Origin: Nitrospinales bacterium
GTDB lineage: Bacteria > Nitrospinota > Nitrospinia > Nitrospinales > VA-1
Direction: 5' to 3'
Length of the DNA stretch: 64,000 nt
Assembly: GCA_965223795.1 (NCBI GenBank)
Contig: CBDCXL010000001.1
Coordinates: forward strand, 448,001 to 512,000
Below the pieces are notes generated by a model. That model had not been told where the DNA came from. It did not search any database and saw only the letters and a list, made by a program, of their open reading frames with translations. The position numbers and the translations under genes were made by a program. This document shows, piece by piece, positions 56,668 to 64,000 of the stretch (its first letter is position 1; every line of letters starts with the position of its first letter).

Positions 56668-57084
56668 ATGAAACCCATATTGACGCTCACGCTGCCGCTG
56701 CTTTTGTCCACTCTGTTTTTCACCGGAACGTCTTCGGTGGAATCGCTGGAGAAGATGGAGGTGCGTTCGGCGGCGTCCGCGGAAACGTCGCTCAACCGCT
56801 ACGCGCGGCGCGTGCAGGACAGGGTGTACCGCAACTGGCAGACGCCCGCCAGCCTGGAGGATTACAACGACGAGCTGGAAACGGCGGAAGTCTCGTTCTG
56901 GGTGCTGCACGACGGCCGCATTCTGGGGGCCAAAGTGCTGCGCAGTACGGGCGAGGAAGAACTCGACGACCTGGCCCTGCAGGCGGTGGAGCGCTCGAAA
57001 CCCTTGCCGAAATTCCCCGACGATCTCAAGGAACGCAATTCGATGAAGGTGTCGATCCGGTTCCGCTACGTCGCCAACCGCTGA
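56668..57084 (+). CDS. TonB/TolA C-terminal domain protein
   Basis: Signal/TM; 'Y...VQ.RV..NW..P', 'DGRI....V.RSTG...LD..AL.AV.RS.PLP..P'. Confidence 0.8.
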   Translation: MKPILTLTLPLLLSTLFFTGTSSVESLEKMEVRSAASAETSLNRYARRVQDRVYRNWQTPASLEDYNDELETAEVSFWVLHDGRILGAKVLRSTGEEELDDLALQAVERSKPLPKFPDDLKERNSMKVSIRFRYVANR

Positions 57085-57090
57085 CCCGCG

Positions 57091-59277
57091 CTACTTTTTC
57101 CTGCCGCCCAGGCCGGAGTGCTTGAAGATTTCCGACATGGCTCCGAGAAAGTTCGCTTCCTCCTTGGAGCGGATCTCCGCGGCGTGCTTTTCTTCATCGA
57201 ATATATTGAGGCGGATCTCCGGCGGGCGGCCGAGCTGCTTGCGCAGCGCGGTTCCGGTCTGCACGGGCGCGTGGCAGGTGCCCTGCCGGCACAGGTAGAC
57301 GGCCGGTTCCCCCTGTATCGCGGACTTGCCCTCCGCCAGCGGGATGCGCTCTTTCACTTCTTCACCGCCGCTCCACAGGGTGATCTTGTTGGGGCGGTAG
57401 TCTTCCTGCAGTACGGCCTGCATCTCTTCGAACGCCGGGTGATCCAATGGACCGGCAAACACCGCTTCGGTGGGCGGGTGCAGGTGAAAGTCCAGCGCGG
57501 CGAGGCAGCCGCTGTAGGCGGCGGGGCTTTTTTCCATGTTTGCGTGAAAGGCGCTCAGCACGCCCTTGCCCTTCTGCTCGTAGTCCTTGTTTCCGGTGAA
57601 GTGCGCAAGCCGGAACAGCGCCAGCGCCGCCTTGGCGTTGGCGGAGGGGATGGCCTCGTCGGCGGCGGTCTTGAGACGCGCGATCAGTTTTTCGTGATCG
57701 TTGGCGGTCATGAAAAAACCACCCTCATCTTTGTCCCAGAATTGTTCGATCATGCGGTCCGCCAGTTGCACGGCGCGGTCGATCCACTGGATCTCGAACG
57801 ACGCCTCGTAAAGCGAGATCAGCCCTTCGAGCAGATAGGCGTGGTCGTCGAGACAGGCCGCGATGCGGACGGTCCCGTCCTTGTGGATGCGCTTCAATCC
57901 TTGTTCGGTCCACACGGTATCCCAGAGAAACCCGGCGCAGCGCCGGGCCGCGTCCAGATATACTTTCTCGCGCAGCACGGCGTAGCCGTTGGCCAGAGCC
58001 TCGATCATGAGGCCGTTCCAGGCGGTGATGTTCTTTTCGTCGCGGAACGGCCGCTCGCGTTTGTTGCGCGCTTCGTGCAGGGTCTTGAGTCCGCTTTTTA
58101 AAATGTGCTGCACTTCGAAAATGGGAACGCCCTCTTCCCCGGAAATGGTTTCCATGCTGTCCTTGATGTGCAGCACGTTTTTGCGGTTGAAGTTGCCGGA
58201 GGCGGTGAGGCCGTAGGCGCGGGCGAACACCTTGGCGTGCTTCGGCCCCAGCAGGTTCAGCACGTCCTTCAGTTCCCAGACGTAGAACGTGCCCTCCTCC
58301 CCTTCCGTGTCCGCGTCCTGGCTGGAACAGAAGGCGCCGGTTTCGGTGGTCATCTCGCGCAGCACGTAATCGAGCGTGCGCCGCGCGGTGTCCTTGTAGA
58401 TGTCCTGCTTGGTCGCCTGAAACATGTCGAGAAACAGTTTGCCCAAAAGGGCGTTGTCGTACAGCATCTTCTCGAAATGCGGCACCCGCCATTTGCGGTC
58501 GGTGGAATAGCGGTGAAAGCCGCCGCCCAGCTGATCGAAGATGCCGCCCTCGGCCATCCGGGTGAGCGACTTGTCGAGGATCTCCAGCGAGGTCTGCGAT
58601 TCGGTGCGCAGCCAGTGGCGCAGCAGAAGGGTGTAGTGCATCGGCTCCGGAAATTTCATGCCGCTGCCGAAGCCGCCGAACTCGGAATCGAAGCGTTCCG
58701 TGAGAATGGCGGCGGCCTCGTCGATCAGCTCGAAGCCGAGCCCGCCCTGCGGCGCGTCCGCTTCTTTGGGCTTAAGCTGCCCGAGGATCCGGCCGCTGCG
58801 GCTTGTCAAATCCTGCTTGCGGTTGTGGTACAGGTCGCTCGCTTCCTTGAGCACCGACGCGAAACCGGGGCGGTTGTATTTCACCTCCGGCGGGAAATAG
58901 GTGCCGCCGAAATACGGCTGCTGATCCGGAGTCAGAAACAGGCTCATCGGCCAGCCGCCGTGCCCGGTCAGGGCGATGAGGGCCTTCATGTACAGCGCGT
59001 CGATGTCCGGCCGCTCCTCGCGGTCGATCTTGATGTTCACGAACCCTTCGTTCAGGATGCGCGCGGTTTCCGGATCTTCGAAGGACTCGTGCGCCATGAC
59101 GTGGCACCAGTGGCAGGCGGAGTAGCCGATACTGAGGAAAATCGGCTTGTCCTCGCGTTTGGCCTTTTGCAGCGCTTCCTCTCCCCAAGGATACCAGTCC
59201 ACCGGGTTGTGCGCGTGCTGCAACAGATAAGGGCTGGTTTCGTTTTTCAGCCGGTTGGTGAATTCAGACGATGCCAA
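57091..59277 (-). CDS. Thioredoxin-domain protein (YyaL/SSP411 family)
   Basis: [63 protein letters not shown]. Confidence 0.93.
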   Translation of the reverse strand: MASSEFTNRLKNETSPYLLQHAHNPVDWYPWGEEALQKAKREDKPIFLSIGYSACHWCHVMAHESFEDPETARILNEGFVNIKIDREERPDIDALYMKALIALTGHGGWPMSLFLTPDQQPYFGGTYFPPEVKYNRPGFASVLKEASDLYHNRKQDLTSRSGRILGQLKPKEADAPQGGLGFELIDEAAAILTERFDSEFGGFGSGMKFPEPMHYTLLLRHWLRTESQTSLEILDKSLTRMAEGGIFDQLGGGFHRYSTDRKWRVPHFEKMLYDNALLGKLFLDMFQATKQDIYKDTARRTLDYVLREMTTETGAFCSSQDADTEGEEGTFYVWELKDVLNLLGPKHAKVFARAYGLTASGNFNRKNVLHIKDSMETISGEEGVPIFEVQHILKSGLKTLHEARNKRERPFRDEKNITAWNGLMIEALANGYAVLREKVYLDAARRCAGFLWDTVWTEQGLKRIHKDGTVRIAACLDDHAYLLEGLISLYEASFEIQWIDRAVQLADRMIEQFWDKDEGGFFMTANDHEKLIARLKTAADEAIPSANAKAALALFRLAHFTGNKDYEQKGKGVLSAFHANMEKSPAAYSGCLAALDFHLHPPTEAVFAGPLDHPAFEEMQAVLQEDYRPNKITLWSGGEEVKERIPLAEGKSAIQGEPAVYLCRQGTCHAPVQTGTALRKQLGRPPEIRLNIFDEEKHAAEIRSKEEANFLGAMSEIFKHSGLGGRKK

Positions 59278-59494
59278 AACAAAACTCCTTTCAAGCCGTT
59301 GGCCGGGTTGTGCGCCGGGTGCGATCGATGGCTATCAGGATACCGGAACTCTCGCGGCAATTGAAGCGGGGAGTGGTGTTTTATGCATGCCGGGCGGTTC
59401 GGCTGTGTGAAATGGATTGCGAAGCGGGGTGCGAAAGCGCGCCTTGGCGGCGCGGACCGTATTGCGGTCGGCGGGAGGTGGTTTATTCCCGGTG

Positions 59495-60523
59495 TTATTT
59501 CCGCACCAGTCCTTCACGGTACTGATGGTAGAAATCGCGGACGCTTTCGTACTCGTCGATGGCGCTCTCTTCGATGGAAGCGATGTCGTCGATGACGAAG
59601 GAGGTGGCGTTGACCTGATCGGTCGCTTCCACCCCGGCGCCGATCACGAAAGGCGCGGAGGCGAAGAACGTGGGGCTCAAAAAGGCATCGGCTACCCGTC
59701 CGACGGCGTCCCTTCCGGTGGAGGGACCGAGAAACGGCAGGACGATGTAGGGACCGGTGGGGACATTATGAACGGCGAGCGTCTGCCCCATGTCTTCATT
59801 GACGTTTTCGATGCCCCATTCCTGTCCCGCCACATCGAGCATGCCGCCGAAACCCAGCGTGGTGTTGATGACCAGACGGCTCAGCACGCGGCCGGATTTC
59901 CCCATGTCTCCCTGAAGCAGGCTGCTGACGAACTTCGCGGGCGAGAGAGCGTTGTCGAACACATTGCGGATGGCGATGCGGAAATCTTCGGCCAGTATGT
60001 AACGCCAGCCGCGCGCCACAGGCTCCATGGCGTATTCGTAAATATTGTCGTTCACTTTAAACATGAAACGGTTGTAGCCTTCGAACGGATCGCTGAGTTC
60101 GGGGATGGCTTCTTCCGCGGTCAGGGCGAACGGATCTTCCAGATCTTCAAACTGCAGGTCGGTATCGCCGCCGACGACATCGCCGGTCCCCGATTCGAAG
60201 GGATCGACCAGATCGTCCGCGGATTCGCCTCCGGGAACGGCTTCAGGGCTGCCTTCGCCCTGGGTTTCCGCGTCCAGGGGATCGGCTTCCGCTCCGCCCT
60301 GCCCTCCCGGCGGCGGCACTTTTTTCTCAAGCAGAATGGTGATGTCGGAAGACTGGGCGAAGAGGTTGCCCGGTGCGATTTCGTAGATGAAGAGCGGAGA
60401 TTTTTCGTCGCCCGCGGGGGCGCTTTTTGAGTTGTGCGGAACGGCAAAAACGACGGCGGGGACGAGGAGAAGGCTCCATCCGATCAAGCTCATTAGTTTC
60501 GGTTTCCAACCGGCCAACGTCAT
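59495..60523 (-). CDS. mlaA: MlaA/VacJ family protein with acidic N-terminal extension
   Basis: DPFEGYNRFMF..N, R.VINTTLG.GG..DVA, EDMGQTL, GPYIVLPFLGPST.RD. Confidence 0.88.
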   Translation of the reverse strand: MTLAGWKPKLMSLIGWSLLLVPAVVFAVPHNSKSAPAGDEKSPLFIYEIAPGNLFAQSSDITILLEKKVPPPGGQGGAEADPLDAETQGEGSPEAVPGGESADDLVDPFESGTGDVVGGDTDLQFEDLEDPFALTAEEAIPELSDPFEGYNRFMFKVNDNIYEYAMEPVARGWRYILAEDFRIAIRNVFDNALSPAKFVSSLLQGDMGKSGRVLSRLVINTTLGFGGMLDVAGQEWGIENVNEDMGQTLAVHNVPTGPYIVLPFLGPSTGRDAVGRVADAFLSPTFFASAPFVIGAGVEATDQVNATSFVIDDIASIEESAIDEYESVRDFYHQYREGLVRK

Positions 60524-60773
60524 GGGACCTTTCCGATCATCCTGTGTTTACAAACTGATTTTTTCCGGTAAAAAAATCCCCTGCTGTTAAAAAACCTCTA
60601 CCTCCATACTTTTGAATACGTTGGGGTAACACTATAGCAAAATGAAAACGAAATGAAAAAACTTTTTAGATTTTTTTCGCCCTCATTACGCATATGTTTT
60701 TTCCGATGTTGTATCTTATCGCGAGCGCGGCGGCGCGTCATGTCAGACCGGACACATCACGATGTGATCTGCG

Positions 60774-61556
60774 TCACTTCTCATCGGGCTCCGGCATCGC
60801 CTGAGACAGCGCGCTCACGACTTTTTCGGAAAGCGTGACATTGGCTTTGCGCGCCCGGCGCACCGTTTCCCACGCGGCTTCCAGTTCTCTGGCGTTCATC
60901 TGCGTTTCCACCCGCACCTCGTAGGCGGTGACGTTGAACGGGTCGATTGCAAGCGCCTCGTCGAGTTTCTGCATCGCTTCTTTCTGGCGTCCCAGCTGAT
61001 TGAGGGAAGCTCCCATATAGGCGTACGCGTTGCTGTTCTCGGGAGTCAGTGCGATCACCTGTTCGTATTTCTTTACCGCATCCTCGAAATGCCCTTCCAT
61101 CGCGAGAACCAGTCCCCAATAGAGAAACGCTTTTGCATTGGTCGCGTCGAGCTCGGTGGACTTTACAAATTTTTCGATGGCCGCGCTTCTGAGTCCGGAT
61201 TTCACCAGGGAAATGCCCCACCAGGTGTGCACCTTGGAACTCTTGGGGTTCATCTGCGCGAGTTTCTCCGCCATCTCCGCGGCCTCGCTGTGTTTGCCGA
61301 GTGCGTTGAGTTCCTTGACGGTTTTAAGAGGATCGAGAGGCTGCGCCTGTTTTTTTTCTTTTAACTTCTGCAGCTCTTCCTGCTGCTTCTGGCGTTCCAG
61401 AATTGCCTGCTCCTGCGCCTCCGCCTGTTCCCGCACTTTTTCCATGCGAGAAAAATAAGCCAGCACCACAAAGCCCAGGAACACGATGACGTTGCACAGG
61501 ACCCACACCAACTTCACTTTACGGGGCATGTATGACCTCGGGTAAAAAAAATCCAT
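60774..61556 (-). CDS. Membrane-anchored TPR protein
   Basis: N-terminal TM, coiled coil, about 4-5 TPRs; start may be ATG 61529. Confidence 0.75.
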   Translation of the reverse strand: MDFFYPRSYMPRKVKLVWVLCNVIVFLGFVVLAYFSRMEKVREQAEAQEQAILERQKQQEELQKLKEKKQAQPLDPLKTVKELNALGKHSEAAEMAEKLAQMNPKSSKVHTWWGISLVKSGLRSAAIEKFVKSTELDATNAKAFLYWGLVLAMEGHFEDAVKKYEQVIALTPENSNAYAYMGASLNQLGRQKEAMQKLDEALAIDPFNVTAYEVRVETQMNARELEAAWETVRRARKANVTLSEKVVSALSQAMPEPDEK

Positions 61557-61855
61557 CCGGATCGTGATCCGGAGGGGGTTTCAAAGTGACGCTTCGTTGC
61601 CGCGAAGTTTCGGAATCCATCCTGGGATGGAAAGCGATGCGCATCCGTTCGACACGGGAGAATTGCAAGGCCGGGACCGGCCTCAACAGGCTCATAAAGG
61701 TCGATAAAGTATACATTTATTCATATTGGGGCGCAAAATTTCTTTGTCCGGGCGCTGCCGGGTCCCGCAAATCGACTGACATTCCTGTCGTTTTTCGATC
61801 GCAACAGACGCATTGTATCTTCATTTCAGGCGCGACGCGGCTCCGTTTGCCTGCA

Positions 61856-64000
61856 TTAAAGGGATTCGAGCCATTTCTCTGCGTTTTCGGTCATTTTCGG
61901 ATTGTGCCGCAGCGGGTCCGCAAGCCTGAGAAAGCGCTTCAGATGCCGCCGCGCCCGTTTGGGATCGCCTTTGATAAACTGCCGCCCGAGGTAATAATGC
62001 GCCGGAGCGAATTCGGGATCGAAACGCAGCGCCCGTTCAAATTCCCGCACGGCTTTTTCGGGCTGGTTGCGGAACGCGTGCGCGAGGCCCAGATTCAGGC
62101 TCACGCTGCTGTCGCCGCCGTACCATTCCTGCACCTCAGTGAGCAGGCTCTCGGCATCGGCGGGCCGCCCTGAGGAAAGGTACAGCTCGCTCAGGCCCAC
62201 CGCGCCGAACACGTAATACGGATTCACGCGCAGGGCGTTCTTGTAGGCTTTCTCCGCCCGTTCGGTGAATTTGAGCGCCTTGAAAATGTTTCCCATGTTG
62301 AAATACGTCATCACGTGGCCGGGATCGATCTTCAGGATTTCGCTGTAACGGGCCAGCGCCTCGGCGGCCTGCCCGGCCTGAAACGCCGACTGGGCCTCGT
62401 TGAGCAGCGTTTCGATCTGGGCCTGGCGTTTGATCTCGCGCACCTGGCTTTCGGAGCGCTGCAACTGCGCGAGTTTTTCCCGCACGCGGGCCCGGGTTTC
62501 GGCATCCGTGCTCTCGAAGGTCACAAAATCGGGGTCGATGCGAAAAAACGGCGACAGCTGCCTGACCAGCACGTCGCGCTCGTCCTTGTAAATGTAGCGC
62601 GGGGCGCTGAACTCGAGCAGGGAGTTGTCGTCGGTGTGGATGGGCGCGTCGAGGCTGAAACGCACCAGCCCGCCCCGGTTCATGATCTTGAGGCTCATCA
62701 GATCGAGGATGTTCTCGATGCCGATGCGCTGAAGGTCCTTGCGAATCGGTTCCTTCTGCAAGTGCCCGGCAAACTTCTCGTAGGAGAGCCGGTACTCTTC
62801 GCTGGAACCGATCAGCAGGTAATCGTCGCCGACGATCGATTCCCACATGGTGACGTAGGGGAAGGCCTCGCTGAAGGAACGGGTGATGGACTTGAAACTG
62901 TCCGGCGACATGTTGGTGTGCACCCAGATGCAGGCGACGCCGCCGGGCGTGAGGCGCTGTTTGAGCAGCTCGAAAAAATCCAGCGTGAACAACGCGCCGA
63001 CGCCGGAGATCCACGGGTTGGAGGGCTCGGAGATGATCACGTCGTACTGCTTGTCGGAGAGGGCGACGTGGTTGCGCCCGTCCTCCAGGATGACCTTAAC
63101 GCGCGGGTCGTCCAGCGCCTGATGGTTGAACGGGCCGAAAAACTTTGAGCCTTCGATGACCGCCGGCGAGATCTCCACCAGGTCGATCGCCTCCACCGGG
63201 AACTGCTCGACGGCGCCCAGGGTGATGCCGCTGCCCTGCCCGATCACCAGCGCCCGCTTCGGATCTTCGCTGAAGAACATCGGCAGGTAGCCGGACAGGA
63301 GCTGGGTGCGCATGTCGAGGGCCAGCGAGGCGTCGGTCTTGCCGTTGACGCGCAGGAAAATATTGCCCGAGACGGCCAGCTCCGTGGTCACGGTGGTGTG
63401 GGTGCCTTCCTTGTAATAGAGGATTTTGTTTTTGGCTTGTTCGGCTTCTTTCAGGTCCTGGATGCGGTAGGGCATGAACGAGCCGCTGGAGATGACGGCC
63501 TTGTCCCAGCCCGGCACGAACCGGCCGCCGGCAAGCGCGATGAGCAGCGCCAGCGGCAAAACGGTGAGCTTGAACGTCGGCCGCAGGGTTTCGGAGCGGC
63601 TCAATATCAGCACGCCCAGCACGCCGTTCAGCAGCACCGCCGCGGCCACCGTGTTCTGCACGCCGATCCAGGGGATGAGCACGAAACCGCCGAGGAAGGA
63701 GCCCGCGATCGTGCCCACGGTGTTGGAGGCGTAGACCCGCCCCACGTTGTGGCCGAGGGTTTCCAGGTTGCGGGCGATTAGCTTGACGACAACGGGAAAC
63801 TGCCCGCCCATCAAAAAGGTGGGCACGAACAGCAGCGTGAAGATGATGGCGAAATTGGAAAACTGGATCGTGGTGAAGTCCACGCTCACGTTCTGGTACA
63901 CCCAGCGGTTGACGAAGGGGATCTCGCCGAACAGCGGCAGCACGGTGAGGGCGGAAAAACCGATGCCGAGCTGCAGAAGACCGAAGGTTTTCACGCGGTC
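61856..64000 (-). CDS. Fused membrane domain / spermidine synthase-like protein with C-terminal TPRs (5' end outside window)
   Basis: Multi-TM with YASNTVG.IAGS; LVIGQGSGIT, VEIS, EDGR, YDVIISEPSNPW; TPR tail; frame open to the window edge. Confidence 0.88.
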   Translation of the reverse strand, partial: DRVKTFGLLQLGIGFSALTVLPLFGEIPFVNRWVYQNVSVDFTTIQFSNFAIIFTLLFVPTFLMGGQFPVVVKLIARNLETLGHNVGRVYASNTVGTIAGSFLGGFVLIPWIGVQNTVAAAVLLNGVLGVLILSRSETLRPTFKLTVLPLALLIALAGGRFVPGWDKAVISSGSFMPYRIQDLKEAEQAKNKILYYKEGTHTTVTTELAVSGNIFLRVNGKTDASLALDMRTQLLSGYLPMFFSEDPKRALVIGQGSGITLGAVEQFPVEAIDLVEISPAVIEGSKFFGPFNHQALDDPRVKVILEDGRNHVALSDKQYDVIISEPSNPWISGVGALFTLDFFELLKQRLTPGGVACIWVHTNMSPDSFKSITRSFSEAFPYVTMWESIVGDDYLLIGSSEEYRLSYEKFAGHLQKEPIRKDLQRIGIENILDLMSLKIMNRGGLVRFSLDAPIHTDDNSLLEFSAPRYIYKDERDVLVRQLSPFFRIDPDFVTFESTDAETRARVREKLAQLQRSESQVREIKRQAQIETLLNEAQSAFQAGQAAEALARYSEILKIDPGHVMTYFNMGNIFKALKFTERAEKAYKNALRVNPYYVFGAVGLSELYLSSGRPADAESLLTEVQEWYGGDSSVSLNLGLAHAFRNQPEKAVREFERALRFDPEFAPAHYYLGRQFIKGDPKRARRHLKRFLRLADPLRHNPKMTENAEKWLESL

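Overview
GC-rich bacterial chromosomal window with about 52 CDSs. I found no tRNA, rRNA, CRISPR array or transposase. Gene content suggests a Nitrospina-like (Nitrospinota) organism, which is an inference only. Housekeeping genes: batC/D/E, ampG, alr, pyrD, rph, nth, ilvN, ilvC, psd, pssA, accD, rocD, mlaA. The best candidate for an undescribed system is an apparent operon at 10.8-16.8 kb. A MotB-type stator subunit with a ~280-aa cytoplasmic coiled coil and a MotA-type subunit flank a class I adenylate cyclase, followed by a pentapeptide-repeat protein, suggesting an ion-motor-coupled cAMP signalling device. Other notable loci: (i) an exosortase O / PEP-CTERM / creBC operon with five phased cre-tag repeats in its promoter; (ii) a Sec-exported, teneurin-like FG-GAP/RHS protein with a Cys-rich C-terminal tip and a downstream lipoprotein; (iii) two copies of a MITE/REP-like element; (iv) a 229-bp structured non-coding element closed by a perfect 16-bp inverted repeat; (v) several unusual fusions (bactofilin-TM-TPR, cNMP-pseudo-HisKA, PCP_red-ChdC). 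All family calls come from motif recognition by eye, without database searches.
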